The notes below the pieces were generated by a model, which was given only the letters and a program-made list of their open reading frames with translations, was not told the origin of the DNA and ran no database searches. This document shows, piece by piece, positions 41,915-53,009 of a stretch of 64,000 nucleotides of DNA (position 1 is its first letter; every line of letters starts with the position of its first letter). Position numbers and translations under genes: made by a program. The DNA is taken from NCBI GenBank assembly GCA_965198225.1, contig CBDAOY010000004.1, positions 128,001-192,000 on the forward strand, given 5' to 3'. This DNA comes from Terriglobia bacterium. Lineage in GTDB: Bacteria > Acidobacteriota > Terriglobia > 20CM-2-55-15.

Positions 41915-43408
41915 TCAGTTGGTCGTCGCCTGCGCCGCGCGAGGCATGGGCCCCGTGTATTCCAGGACGTAGAGACCCGTTCCGACTCGATCCGTGGCGT
42001 ACGCCAGTCCCCTGTGGTCGAGGTCGACGTCGTCGATCTGGATGGTTGTCGTCTGGCCCTCCACGGCAGGATGCGAATGCTCGTTCGGCTCGGGAACATA
42101 GTAGCCGATCTCACGCAGGTTGTACGGATCTGAAAGGTCTATGACCCGGATCCCGGCGTTGAAGTAGGCGATCCAGGCGATCCTGTCCTCGAACCTGTTG
42201 AGGCTTCCGTTCACCGTCTCAGCCGACTGATGCGGCCCGAAGCGCCCACCCTTGTCGCAGGAGTCGCCGACGGGCACCTCCCAGGTCGACACCGGGAACG
42301 GTCGGCTCTCGTGCGTAATATCGAACATGTAGGACTTCGCCCGAACTCCGATCGGGCACGGAGCCATGTCGTCCTCGCCCCCGGCCTCTTCCACGACCAG
42401 GGCGTAGGTTCTCGGCAGGGCGTCTGGCTTGAAGTTCGGAAGCTCGTCGTACACGATGGGCGAGATCGTATGCGGTCCCCGTCCCGGCGGGGAAACGTCC
42501 ACCATCCAGACCAGGGTCGGGTTCGTGGGATCGGAAATGTCCCACGAGCCCGTGTGACCGGCGCCGCGGAAGCCGAGGTACAACCGGTCGTTCTCTTCGT
42601 CGACGATGGGATGATGGGCGTACTGTCCTTCGAATCCCTCCTCGCCCTCTTTCTGTCCGGGCAACCATGCCCGGCCCACGAACCGGGGGTTCCTGGGGTC
42701 TTTCAAGTCCCAGATCTGCCCCAGCGCGGACCGAAATCCGGGCTCGCCTCCAGCGGAGTAAAAGTAGCCCGTCTCCGGAGACCACCAGCCCTTGTGCGCC
42801 CGCTGGATGAACTTTCCGCCGCAGCCCGGTCCGCATGAATTTTCCGGGGTGCCGGCGATTTCCGACACGAGCGAGATCTGCGACGGATCGCTATCACGGG
42901 ATGTGATGTCGAAGATCTGGAACTTCCGGTCGTCACCGGCCTCTGAATTGCGAATGAGGTAGTCCCTTCCGGGGGGATCCGAGTCGAAGCCGTAGTCGTA
43001 AACGACGGACACTCCACGCGAGTTGGCGTTGGCCTCGTTCGGGATGTGCCAAACCAACCGCGGGTTCGCGGGATCGGAAACCTCGAGAATCGACGTGCCG
43101 CTCCATTCCATCTGGTTTGTAATCGGGTTCATCCGCTGTTCGCCGTCGTAGTAGCTTTCGTGATGGCCAACGTAGACCCAGTCCCCGTTCGCCGGGTCCG
43201 ACTTGGCCACCACCATCAGAGTTTCCCGACCCTGGAGGTCGTTGTACCCGACAAGCCTGACGTTGTGCGACTCGACTCCGGCCTGCTGTTCCGGCTGCTC
43301 GCCGGGGGTTGGACCCGGGGTCGAACATCCCGCCACGCAGGACAGAAGCGCCGCCATCGACAGCGTCCTCAGGAGTGGGGCACTGTGGAGAGGTTTCGAA
43401 TCAATCAT
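41915..43408 (-). CDS. LVIVD-repeat lipoprotein
   Basis: VAGC lipobox; ILEVSDPANP, WDISDPTNP, GIRVIDLSDP repeats; GRFGPH. Confidence 0.75.
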   Translation of the reverse strand: MIDSKPLHSAPLLRTLSMAALLSCVAGCSTPGPTPGEQPEQQAGVESHNVRLVGYNDLQGRETLMVVAKSDPANGDWVYVGHHESYYDGEQRMNPITNQMEWSGTSILEVSDPANPRLVWHIPNEANANSRGVSVVYDYGFDSDPPGRDYLIRNSEAGDDRKFQIFDITSRDSDPSQISLVSEIAGTPENSCGPGCGGKFIQRAHKGWWSPETGYFYSAGGEPGFRSALGQIWDLKDPRNPRFVGRAWLPGQKEGEEGFEGQYAHHPIVDEENDRLYLGFRGAGHTGSWDISDPTNPTLVWMVDVSPPGRGPHTISPIVYDELPNFKPDALPRTYALVVEEAGGEDDMAPCPIGVRAKSYMFDITHESRPFPVSTWEVPVGDSCDKGGRFGPHQSAETVNGSLNRFEDRIAWIAYFNAGIRVIDLSDPYNLREIGYYVPEPNEHSHPAVEGQTTTIQIDDVDLDHRGLAYATDRVGTGLYVLEYTGPMPRAAQATTN

Positions 43409-43486
43409 GAATCTGCCTCCGCGTTGGAGTGGATGCCTGGTGCAGGGGATTCGTCGAGGTAATGGTGATTGTTGAGAGAGTGGGTT

Positions 43487-45004
43487 TCAATTTGTGGCGC
43501 CCAACTTTCGAAGCAGTTCCCCCGCTTTCTCGAGCTCGGGCGAAACACCTCTCCCCCGCCCGCGGCCCCCTCCGCCGGACGTGAGGGCCAGCGGCGTCTG
43601 GCCTTCCTGGTTTTTCGCATCCAGAATAGCGCCCCTCTCGGCGAGCAACTGGATAACCTTGGTGTATCCATTGCTCGCTGCCGCATGCAGGGCCGTGTCG
43701 CCGGCCACGTTGGTCTCATTTACGTCCGCGCCCCCCTCCAGCAACACCTCGACGGCTTCGAACACCCCTGGCTGCGGGCGGTCACAACAGTCATCCCCGA
43801 TGTCCGTCGAAGTATCCACGTGATCCAACGGACGATTGAGACGCCGCTCGATCGTGATTCCCGCCGCCACCAGAAGCGGCGTCGTCCCGTCTGGGAGAGC
43901 CGGTGTGACCTTCGCTCCGCCGGCCACCAGCGCTCGCATGATGTCCAGCTCGAGGTAGCTGGCCGCCAGCATCAGGGGTGTTGCACCGGCCCACGCGCTC
44001 GACAGCGCCCATTGAGAGCCGTTCCGCCGGACTGGGCTGCCCTTTGTCAGTGGCAGGTCCGGATCGGCGCCGTGAGCCAGGAGCCGTTCGACAGTTGGGA
44101 GATCACCCCTCAGCACGGCCCCATGCAGCGCCGTATATCCGCCGCCTGCGGCGTTCGGGTCGGCCCCCTCGTCCAGCAGAAAGGACGCGAGCGTCGGGTG
44201 TCCCGAGATGGCCGCGACGACCAGAGGAGAATTACCGTCCGCCCCGGCTTCGTTGATTTCCGCTCCAGACCCGAGCAGGAGCCGGGCCGAGGGCACATCA
44301 CCGGCCTGAGCGGCAAACAGCAATGCGGTGATGCCCCCTAAATCGACCTCCGTGCCGACTTCGCTGGAAGTCTTGGCGACCCTTCGAGGTCCCCGGTCGA
44401 GCATCACGATGGTGCGACGTGATCGGGAGCGGGCGTGCGGGTCCGCCCCGGCTTCGATAAGCGTCCGGACGACCCTCGGGTGTCGCCCGGCGACGGCCCA
44501 CATCAAGGCTGTCTGCCGCCGGTCATTCGTGTAAGCGTTCGCGTCCGCCCCGGACTCCATCAACACGCGTAGGGCGCCGAGACTGCCCGTGCGCGCCGCC
44601 TCCATCAACGGGGTCACACCGGTCTCGCCGGCGGCGTTGGGGTCGGCTCCCGCCCGGAGTAGTTTTCCTACGATCGCGGCATTCCCGTTCGAGCTGGCAA
44701 GCGCGAGTGGTGTGACCATCAGGTCGTTGGCGGCGTCGACGTTCGCACCGGCGGCGATCAATCGGTCGACTGTCTCGGCATCATCCCAGTACGCCGCCCA
44801 ATGCAGCGCGGTGGCCCCGTCGCCCTCGGGCACATTCACGTCGACTCCCTGTTCGAGCAGGGTTCGTACGGCAGACATGTTCTTGTGCTTGACCGCCTCG
44901 ACCAGTCGCAGATCGCCCTGAGGTTCGCTGCCGGCGGCCAGGCCTGCGACCAGGAGCGCGGGTAGCGCGGCCCGGGCAACCATCTTCTTGACAGTCAAAG
45001 ACAT
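43487..45004 (-). CDS. Ankyrin repeat protein, secreted
   Basis: Multiple GATALHWA / TPLMEAA / GDTALHAA repeats. Confidence 0.9.
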   Translation of the reverse strand: MSLTVKKMVARAALPALLVAGLAAGSEPQGDLRLVEAVKHKNMSAVRTLLEQGVDVNVPEGDGATALHWAAYWDDAETVDRLIAAGANVDAANDLMVTPLALASSNGNAAIVGKLLRAGADPNAAGETGVTPLMEAARTGSLGALRVLMESGADANAYTNDRRQTALMWAVAGRHPRVVRTLIEAGADPHARSRSRRTIVMLDRGPRRVAKTSSEVGTEVDLGGITALLFAAQAGDVPSARLLLGSGAEINEAGADGNSPLVVAAISGHPTLASFLLDEGADPNAAGGGYTALHGAVLRGDLPTVERLLAHGADPDLPLTKGSPVRRNGSQWALSSAWAGATPLMLAASYLELDIMRALVAGGAKVTPALPDGTTPLLVAAGITIERRLNRPLDHVDTSTDIGDDCCDRPQPGVFEAVEVLLEGGADVNETNVAGDTALHAAASNGYTKVIQLLAERGAILDAKNQEGQTPLALTSGGGGRGRGRGVSPELEKAGELLRKLGATN

Positions 45005-45006
45005 TC

Positions 45007-46344
45007 TTAGATTCCGGCCAGATTGTCGAGTTCCAGGGATTCCGTGCTGTTACCAAAGCTCTCCACAGGCACACCCAACTTGTCGAGCAGGGCCACGTGG
45101 AGGTTTGCCAGCGGAGTACCTTCCGGATACCGGACGTGGTCTCCTCCCTTCAGACGGCCCGCTCCCCCACCGGCCAGCACCAGCGGTAGATCTCGGATCG
45201 CATGGCCGTTCCCGTCGTTCATACCGGCGCCGAACATGATTGCGATCTGATCCAACAGGGACCCGTCGCCGTCCGGTGTCGATGCCAGACGCTCCATCAA
45301 GTACGAAAACAGCTTCACGTGGTACTGGTTGATCCTGGCGAACCTGTCCATCCGGTCGGGATCGTTTCGGTGGTGCGATATCGGGTGATGCGCATCCGGT
45401 ACCCCGATCTCGGGATAGGTCCGTCCGCTGAATTCCCGGCCCAGCATGAAGGTGGTCACGCGCGTGATGTCCGCCTGATACGCAAGCACCTGCAGGTCGA
45501 ACGTCAACTTCGCATGCTCTTCAAACGTCGCAGGGATACCGGTCGGCCGCTCCACCGCAGGCAGCTCCACGTTCTGTTCCATGGCCTTCTGGATACGCAG
45601 CTCGACGGCTCGCACACTCTCCAGGTATCCGGTCAGGCGGGATCGGTCGTCCGGGCCAACCTTGCTCCGGAGTTCGGAAACCTCTCCGAGTACCGAATCC
45701 AGAATGCTGCCCTTCTGCCGCGCACGCGCGCGGCGTGTGGCCGGGTCAGTGGTGTCATCGCCGAACATCCGTTCAAAAGCGGCCGCCGGGTCGCTCTCCA
45801 TGGGCAACGGTGAAGTGGGTCCGGCCCATGAGATCGTACCCACGTAAATACAGCTTCCATCGTCACAGGTCGCCGCCGCGTCCACGGACTCGAGCGCGAG
45901 CTCCAATGACGGTAGCTGCGTTTCCTCGCCCAGTACCCTGGCAGCAATCTGGTCCATCGACGTGCCGGCTCTCAAGGTGCGGTGGGGGTGTACGTTCGTG
46001 AGGAATTTCGTGCTGGCTCTGGCGTGAACCGCCGTGGCTGAATCGGGTGGACGAGGCGGGTTGCTGTCCAGCCCGCTCACTACCCTCAGGCGATCCCGGA
46101 ACGGCTCCAGCGGTTTCAGCGTGGGTGAGAATTCGAAACCGGACCCCTCGGTCTCGGGAAACCAGCGTGCCGGCACCACGCCGTTGGGGACGTAGACCGC
46201 GCCGAAGCGTATCGTTGGCCTGGCCGGTGTTTGAGCGAGGGCGGTCATCGAAGGCACCATCGCATCCAGCAGCGGCAGAGCGACGGTGGCGCCCAAACCA
46301 CGCAGCAGCGTACGACGGGAAATGGTCTTCTTCGTGATGATCAT
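45007..46344 (-). CDS. DUF1552 domain protein
   Basis: SRRTLLRGLGATVALPLLDAM, YVPNG, HHPISHH, DGSLLD. Confidence 0.88.
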   Translation of the reverse strand: MIITKKTISRRTLLRGLGATVALPLLDAMVPSMTALAQTPARPTIRFGAVYVPNGVVPARWFPETEGSGFEFSPTLKPLEPFRDRLRVVSGLDSNPPRPPDSATAVHARASTKFLTNVHPHRTLRAGTSMDQIAARVLGEETQLPSLELALESVDAAATCDDGSCIYVGTISWAGPTSPLPMESDPAAAFERMFGDDTTDPATRRARARQKGSILDSVLGEVSELRSKVGPDDRSRLTGYLESVRAVELRIQKAMEQNVELPAVERPTGIPATFEEHAKLTFDLQVLAYQADITRVTTFMLGREFSGRTYPEIGVPDAHHPISHHRNDPDRMDRFARINQYHVKLFSYLMERLASTPDGDGSLLDQIAIMFGAGMNDGNGHAIRDLPLVLAGGGAGRLKGGDHVRYPEGTPLANLHVALLDKLGVPVESFGNSTESLELDNLAGI

Positions 46345-48824
46345 GACGATGTTCTCCTCGTCTGAAACGGCGAACTCTTTATGATTCCCATAATGATAGA
46401 TGACCACTGGTAGTCGGTTGCGGCGGCGTCTCGCAGGATCTGGCGGATGGCGGGATTATCGTAGTACTCGACCCGGCGCCCGAGGGCGTAGGTCAGCAGT
46501 TTTGCGGTAAAGGTACGGACGAAATCCTCGCGATAGCTCAAGAGGAGCTTCCGCATGCCCGGAACACCTTCGATCGGCGTTCCGTCGGCGGCCACCGAGG
46601 ACGGATCGATCGGAATGCCGTCGCTCTCGGTGCGCCACCGGCCGACCGCATCGAAATTTTCCAGCGCGAACCCGAGCGGGTCCATTCGCACGTGGCACGC
46701 CGCGCAGGCCGGGTCCCTCCGATGCCGTTCCATCTGTTCTCGCACCGTGAGAGCCCGTCCGTCCTCACCCGTGGTTTCCAGATCCGGCACGCTGTCTGGC
46801 GGAGGAGGCGGCGGCATGCCGAGTATGTTGTCCAGCAGCCACACCCCGCGCACGACCGGCGCGGTGCGGTTCGGATAGGAGGTCACCATCAGAATGCTGC
46901 CCTGGCCCAGAAGGCCGCCACGCACGCCGTCTTCGAACGTCACCCGTCGAAGGCGCTCCCCGTAAACCCCCGTGATTCCGTAGTGCGAGGCCAGCCGTTC
47001 ATTGACGAAGGTGTAGTTCGCACTCAACAACTCCCCGACGCTCCGGTCCTCGCGGAACTGGCTGTCGATGAAGAGTCTTGTCTCCTCGAGCAAGGCATGG
47101 CGCAGGTTCTCGTCGAAATCGGGGAACTCGTCTGGATCCGGTTGCCAGACCCGTGCCTTTCGAACCGTCAGCCACTGGCTGGCGAAATTCTCCACCAGCG
47201 ATGACGACCGGGGGTCGGCCAGCATCCGTCGTACTTGACCCTCGACTACGGCAGGGTTTCGAAGCTGGGCGCGCACCGCGAGGTCCAGGAGCTCCTCGTC
47301 TGGAATGCTGCTCCAGAGGAAAAATGACAACCGAGAAGCCAGGTCCAGATCGCTGAGGCGATATACGGTGTCCGGGGCAGCGTCGGGTGGAGGGTTTTCG
47401 GTCCGGAGCAGAAAGTTGACGCTGAGGAGGAGCCGCTCGATCGCCGACTGGATGCCGGCTTCAAAGCCACCAGAGACCCGGCCCGTCTCGTAGAAGTCCA
47501 TCAGCCTCTGGACTTCCACCTCATTGACCGGACGGCGATAGGCGCGACGGGCCAGTGTCGACAGAATCGACCGGGCGCATGGTTCCTCGTCGGCAACGGT
47601 TGCAGGCCGGCAGACAAAGACCCTCCGCCGGCTGGGCGTATCCCCGGGGCCCTTCGTGAGATAGGGCCCCCCGATGGCGACACTGTCCACGCCCGCGTAA
47701 CCGTCATACTGCTGATCCGACATGATGCTGAAGCCCCTCGGTGTCGGCTGAGGCGCTCGTTCAGGTTCCCGGGGGGCCTTGACGAAGGAAACCGAGACCG
47801 TCCGTGCCCCGGCCTGGATGGGGACGCGGACTTCCAGCCCATCGTCTGCGGAGTGCATGTACTGTTCCCATTCGACGTCTCCGGTGATTTCCCCGACCCA
47901 CGTCAATGGGGCAGGCGCTCCCTTTTCCAGACCCACACCGCCTACCGTGAAACGTTTGATGCGCCTCCCATCCAGACGCACGTCCAGTTGCTGCGGATCG
48001 CCCAGGCCGATGATGTAGTCGTAGATCTGTCGTTGTAGCCGGACTTTGATCAAGTACTCGCCGTCCAGCGGGAAGTTATGGCGGATTGCGACGCCGCCGC
48101 GCGATCCGAACGGCAGGTCTTCGCTCACCCGACTGTCCTGATCCAGCATCCGGGCGACCGGGTACACTCTGAAGTTCGGAACGTCGCCGATCGTCGGGTC
48201 GCCGACGGCGAGCCGACTGATCTTGCGGGCCGCCGAAAGGTACCGCTCGAGATGCGCCGGCGAAATCGTCAGGCTGGCGGCCACGTTGTCGAAACCCTCG
48301 TCGGCCTCGTCGGGCAGCAGGAGCGCTTTCGCGTCGATCTCGACCGCGAGCAAGTCCCGGATCGCATTGGCGTACTCTGTGCCGTTCAAGCGATGCACCC
48401 CGACTCTGCCCGGATTGGGGTTCGTTCGGGCTGCCTGATCGAGAGTCGTTTCCAGCCACGCCACCGTGGCTGCCGCGGTTGCCTCATCGGGGCGTGGCAT
48501 ACCCGGCGGAGGCATCTGACCGGTGCGAAGCTTGTGCAGCACATTCTCCAACAACTCGGCGTCCCGGCTCGCGTCGTCGAAGTCGATCCCGCTGAAGGAG
48601 AGTCCCCCGGTTACCAGTTCATCGTTGTGGCAAGGCGCGCAGTATTCGTTGATGACTTCTCGCTGCGGCGAAACGGTCTCCGGAACGGGGCTCGGCGAAC
48701 GCTGGAGTCGACGCGCCGGGAGCTGCCCTCGGAGCGTTTCTTCCCTCAAGGCCTGCGCATCAAAGAGCGCCGCCGGAACCATGAGGAGCAGCAGTAGAAT
48801 TGTCCTTGTCACGCTCGACACCAT
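46341..48824 (-). CDS. DUF1592/DUF1588/DUF1587/DUF1595 protein with cytochrome c motifs
   Basis: CAPCH and CAACH, LASRLSFFLWSSIPD, PVVRGVW. Confidence 0.9.
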   Translation of the reverse strand: MVSSVTRTILLLLLMVPAALFDAQALREETLRGQLPARRLQRSPSPVPETVSPQREVINEYCAPCHNDELVTGGLSFSGIDFDDASRDAELLENVLHKLRTGQMPPPGMPRPDEATAAATVAWLETTLDQAARTNPNPGRVGVHRLNGTEYANAIRDLLAVEIDAKALLLPDEADEGFDNVAASLTISPAHLERYLSAARKISRLAVGDPTIGDVPNFRVYPVARMLDQDSRVSEDLPFGSRGGVAIRHNFPLDGEYLIKVRLQRQIYDYIIGLGDPQQLDVRLDGRRIKRFTVGGVGLEKGAPAPLTWVGEITGDVEWEQYMHSADDGLEVRVPIQAGARTVSVSFVKAPREPERAPQPTPRGFSIMSDQQYDGYAGVDSVAIGGPYLTKGPGDTPSRRRVFVCRPATVADEEPCARSILSTLARRAYRRPVNEVEVQRLMDFYETGRVSGGFEAGIQSAIERLLLSVNFLLRTENPPPDAAPDTVYRLSDLDLASRLSFFLWSSIPDEELLDLAVRAQLRNPAVVEGQVRRMLADPRSSSLVENFASQWLTVRKARVWQPDPDEFPDFDENLRHALLEETRLFIDSQFREDRSVGELLSANYTFVNERLASHYGITGVYGERLRRVTFEDGVRGGLLGQGSILMVTSYPNRTAPVVRGVWLLDNILGMPPPPPPDSVPDLETTGEDGRALTVREQMERHRRDPACAACHVRMDPLGFALENFDAVGRWRTESDGIPIDPSSVAADGTPIEGVPGMRKLLLSYREDFVRTFTAKLLTYALGRRVEYYDNPAIRQILRDAAATDYQWSSIIMGIIKSSPFQTRRTSS

Positions 48825-49168
48825 CCGCCTCCAAAGCGGGTCGACTGCGGGTTAGAAGCAGCATATCCCTAATTGCTGCGGGACTGCTAACACGAAGAAG
48901 CTAAATCGGTTAGCAACAACGTGTCAAGGGCAATTACCCACGGTTGATGGCATCACTATGCCCGGTTCCAATCTCAGCTTCCGCTAGCCGTCACCAGGGA
49001 CTCCTGATGGACAGAGATGGCCGAATCGGTCAGGATAGCGCTCAGACAGGGTTTCCGGCGAAACCGCTGACAACCACGCAAACCGCCAGTCTAGCGCTCC
49101 GGAAGACGCACAACACAGTGTGCTGAAAGTGGGACCAATGTGAGAGAGGATTGGAAAACTGGAACTAG

Positions 49169-50705
49169 GAGTCTGCGCGGCAGAAGGACCGGAATTGGGC
49201 GGATAAAGATCGAAGATATGTCATGGCACGAACCTATCGGACTTATAGCCCAGAACAAACACTGCTGATGCCACCGTCGTTGAGAGATTGGTTGGCCGAA
49301 GATCACCTGTCGTACTTCATATCGGACGCGGTGGACGCGATGGATTTGAGCGCGTTCGAACAGCGGTATGGAACCGAGGGTCCGGGCAATCAGGCGTTTG
49401 ATCCGCGGATGATGGTGAAGGTGCTGATTTATGGGTACGCGACCGGAGTGTTCTCGTCCAGGAAGATCGCGGCGAAGTTGACCGACGACGTAGCGTTCCG
49501 GATGTTGGGAGCGGAGAACTTTCCGGCGCACCGAACGATCTCGGATTTTCGCAAACTGCATCTTGAGGAGTTCGGAAACCTGTTTGTGCAAGTGGTGATG
49601 ATGGCGCGGGAAGCGGGACTGGTGAAGATGGGAACCGTGGCGGTGGACGGGACCAAGATGCGGGCGAATGCAAGCAAACGCAAAGCGATGAGCTACGAAC
49701 GCATGAAAAAGCAGGAGACCGAATTGGGTGAACAGATTCGGGATCTGTTGAACCGGGCCGAGGCGACCGATGAGGACGAAGACGAGCGATACGGCAAGGA
49801 CCGGCGCGGAGACGAACTGCCCGACGGGTTGGCCACGCGCAAGAAGCGCCTGGCCACGATACAGGCGGCCATGAAGCGGCTCGAAGAACGTCAGATGGCC
49901 GCGGACAAGGAAGCGGGACGGAACACCAAAGATCACAAACCCGGATGCGGAAAGAAGCCATTCAAACGTCCCATGGGGGAACCTAAACCCACGGCCCAGG
50001 ACAACTTCACCGACCCGGAAAGCCGGATGATGAAGACCTCCACCGAAGGGTTCCAGCAATGCTACAACGCGCAAGCGGTGGTGGATTCCCAGGCCCGGAT
50101 CATCGTGGCAACAACGGTGACTGACAATGCATCGGATGTGGGGCAGTTGGAACCCACGCTGGATGCGTTGAGCGACAATCTGGGGGAGCGTCCCGACCGC
50201 GTGCTGGCCGATGCGGGATATCGATCCGAGTCAAATCTGGGGATGTTGGAACAACGTCAGATTGACGGGTATGTTGCGATGGGTCGCGAGAAGGATCTCG
50301 CCCGTGCCCCACTCCCACCCAAAGACACCGCTGTTGGTCGGATGATGAGAAAGATGAAAACCAAGCGTGGGCGTGACCGCTACCGGGCCCGAAAGCACAT
50401 TGGTGAGCCGCCCTTCGGGTGGATCAAGTCGGTGCTCGGATTCCGACAGTTCAGTCTACGCGGTTTGGACAAAGTGACCGGGGAGTGGAATCTGGTCACT
50501 CTGGCGGTGAACTTACGACGGATGAACGGGAAGATCGAATGGGCATAATCCGGAAAACCGCAACCCGGCAGACCCGATACACGGCCAATTACGGGTGTCC
50601 GTACAACTCTGAACTCGTCGTATCGGAAGAATCGGTCGATTCTCCTCCGAAGACCCTCTCAAATCCCAATCAGTCCGAGTTCTTTGCGCTCTGCCGCGCA
50701 GACTC
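49169..50705 (+). mobile_element. IS1182-family insertion sequence (second type), complete
   Basis: 16-bp IRs GAGTCTGCGCGGCAGA / TCTGCCGCGCAGACTC flanked by CTAG on both sides. Confidence 0.92.
49223..50548 (+). CDS. IS1182-family transposase
   Basis: SSRKI, PAHRTISDFR, AVDGTK, TDPESR, ADAGY, EPPFG. Confidence 0.93.
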   Translation: MARTYRTYSPEQTLLMPPSLRDWLAEDHLSYFISDAVDAMDLSAFEQRYGTEGPGNQAFDPRMMVKVLIYGYATGVFSSRKIAAKLTDDVAFRMLGAENFPAHRTISDFRKLHLEEFGNLFVQVVMMAREAGLVKMGTVAVDGTKMRANASKRKAMSYERMKKQETELGEQIRDLLNRAEATDEDEDERYGKDRRGDELPDGLATRKKRLATIQAAMKRLEERQMAADKEAGRNTKDHKPGCGKKPFKRPMGEPKPTAQDNFTDPESRMMKTSTEGFQQCYNAQAVVDSQARIIVATTVTDNASDVGQLEPTLDALSDNLGERPDRVLADAGYRSESNLGMLEQRQIDGYVAMGREKDLARAPLPPKDTAVGRMMRKMKTKRGRDRYRARKHIGEPPFGWIKSVLGFRQFSLRGLDKVTGEWNLVTLAVNLRRMNGKIEWA

Positions 50706-50760
50706 CTAGCGCCCATTTATCCTGACCCCACCTCTCGAGGAAGGAAAGTGAAGGTAGCAC

Positions 50761-52401
50761 ATGGCACAGACGAACAATGATCATTCAACATTTAATTCCA
50801 GAGTCTGGATCAGCGAGGGCAAGAATTTCAAGTATGCGGAACAGGTGCCCGGTGTGTTGCCGGAAAACCCCAACACCGGGGTCTGTTTTTCAGGTGGCGG
50901 GACACGCTCGCTGTCGGCCACTATGGGACAGCTGAGAGGCCTTAACAAACTAGGCCTGATCGACAGAATTCGCTACATCTCCTGCGTTTCGGGCGGCTCC
51001 TGGGCATCGACCGCTTTCACTTACTACAACACCGGCTCGGCCGACGATGATGAATTCCTGGGTCCGGTAACGGAACCGAACGACATCACGATGAAAGGCC
51101 TGGGTGAGTTGAAGGAGGGTTGTCTTGGATACACGGCGACCAAGAGTCTTCGACACGTTCTTTTCGAAGACTTGGAGAATCGAGCGCGCGAAGATCGGGC
51201 GTGGATAGACGCCGTTGGCGAAATCTTTTTTCGGCAATTCGGGTTGTACGACCGCGATAACCCCGGCTACTTCAGTTTCAATGACGAGACCGTCACAGAG
51301 ATCAAGAGCCGCAACCCCAGCCTTCGAAACGCGACCTTCCATACCGTGCGTACTGCGGCACCCAGGCCCTTTCTGGTCATCAACGCCTCCCTGATTGGTC
51401 CGGTGGCTCTTTCACCTTTCAAGAAGGAGTCCGTGGTCATCTTCGAGTACACGCCGCTATACGTCGGGAATCCTTTCGCCTTGAATGTGACCTACACGCC
51501 CGAGGATGGGCGCAAGGCGGAGACATGTCTGACGGGTGGCGGCTTCGTAGAACCCTTTGCCTTCGGCGGTCCGGCTCCGGCCAGTGCTCCCAGCGGTATG
51601 ACGGTCAACCTTCCTGCACCGGCAAGGCCTTACAGCCTGGCAGACGCCAGCGGCACGAGCAGCGCTGCTTTTGCCGGGTTTGTCGAACAGCACCATCTCT
51701 TTGGCCTTTTCAGCAGCACCTGCGGCCTCTCACCGGAAGCACCCTACTGGCCAGTCACTGATTTCAGCGGCCAACCGATGGCGAATTTCGCCTTTGGCGA
51801 CGGCGGAGTGCTGGAGAACTACGGCCTGATCTCCCTTCTACAGAGAAGGGTGGAAACCATCGTGGTGTTCATCAACACACCAACTCCGTTGACCATCGAC
51901 GAGGACCCGGAGAAGCTTGCGGACGGAAAAGGCATCGATGCGAACCTGCCTCCCCTGTTCGGTCACAAGATCGATTCCACCGGCAGATTCACCGCGAACA
52001 ACCACGTTTTTGATAGATCCGATTTCCCGAAGGTCGTCCGCGGATTACAAGAGGCGAAAAAGGCCGGCAGGACTGTGATGACGACCACTGAGTTGAAAGT
52101 GCAGCCGAACGACTGGTGGGGTCTGGAGGGAGGTCAGTCAGTTAGGATTTGCTGGGTCTACCTGGACAGGGTCCGGACCTGGGAAGGCCAACTGAGTTCT
52201 GAAATTCGCAAAGAAATCGAGAGAGGCAACCACGCCTGGCTCGCTCTTGGTCCTTTCAAGAAGTTTCCGAACTACAGCACAGCAGGTGAGAACGCACTGG
52301 ATCTGGTGGAACTGACCCCCGATCAGGTTAATCTGCTCGCCGATCTGAGCTGTTGGAACATCACAAAAAACGCAAACACATTTCAGGACCTGCTCTCCTG
52401 A
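50761..52401 (+). CDS. Patatin/cPLA2-like phospholipase
   Basis: FSGGGTR, SCVSGGSW nucleophile elbow, DGG. Confidence 0.75.
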   Translation: MAQTNNDHSTFNSRVWISEGKNFKYAEQVPGVLPENPNTGVCFSGGGTRSLSATMGQLRGLNKLGLIDRIRYISCVSGGSWASTAFTYYNTGSADDDEFLGPVTEPNDITMKGLGELKEGCLGYTATKSLRHVLFEDLENRAREDRAWIDAVGEIFFRQFGLYDRDNPGYFSFNDETVTEIKSRNPSLRNATFHTVRTAAPRPFLVINASLIGPVALSPFKKESVVIFEYTPLYVGNPFALNVTYTPEDGRKAETCLTGGGFVEPFAFGGPAPASAPSGMTVNLPAPARPYSLADASGTSSAAFAGFVEQHHLFGLFSSTCGLSPEAPYWPVTDFSGQPMANFAFGDGGVLENYGLISLLQRRVETIVVFINTPTPLTIDEDPEKLADGKGIDANLPPLFGHKIDSTGRFTANNHVFDRSDFPKVVRGLQEAKKAGRTVMTTTELKVQPNDWWGLEGGQSVRICWVYLDRVRTWEGQLSSEIRKEIERGNHAWLALGPFKKFPNYSTAGENALDLVELTPDQVNLLADLSCWNITKNANTFQDLLS

Positions 52402-52498
52402 AATCCGTCATGTTGACTGGAATATTTGTGGCCGGCGGGTTGGGACTGGAAGGGACTACATGCTGAGCAGCAGCGTCGGGAGGAACCCAGGAGGTAGG

Positions 52499-52948
52499 AT
52501 GCATCGGAATATCACGTTGATAGGCTGCGTTGTCGTAATTCTGTTTGGCTGGGTGGATCGTGCGCAGGCTCAATTCAGTGTCCGGGCAGCGGCCGCGGAG
52601 CCTGTGTCCGGGTGGCAGAGGATGGAATCTCCGGACGCGGATCGAACCGTGTGGGTGGCGCCGACGCCGAGCCTCACTTCCGACGACGTCGAGCGCGCTC
52701 AATCAAGCACAGGGCCGGACGGCGGCCCGGCCGTGGCGATTCGGTTTACCGAAGCGGGTTCCGAGAAAATGCGCGAACTGTCGGCCGCGCAGGTCGGCAG
52801 ACCGATTGCCATGGTGTTGGATGGCGAGTTGATTTGGGCGCCCGTGGTTCGGACCGTGATCAGCGCCGAGGCCTTGCTTACCGGTGGTCCGAACGGCCTG
52901 AGTGCGGACCAGGTCCAGCGCATTCTCGCCAGCGTGAATCAGAGATAG
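52499..52948 (+). CDS. SecDF P1-head subdomain protein, secreted
   Basis: VAIRFTEAGSEKM..GRPIAMVLDGELIWAPVV. Confidence 0.8.
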   Translation: MHRNITLIGCVVVILFGWVDRAQAQFSVRAAAAEPVSGWQRMESPDADRTVWVAPTPSLTSDDVERAQSSTGPDGGPAVAIRFTEAGSEKMRELSAAQVGRPIAMVLDGELIWAPVVRTVISAEALLTGGPNGLSADQVQRILASVNQR

Positions 52949-53009
52949 AACGGGGCCGACACCGACGTCGAGGCGGAAAACCTGTACAGGTCCTGGAAGA
53001 GTTGATCAT

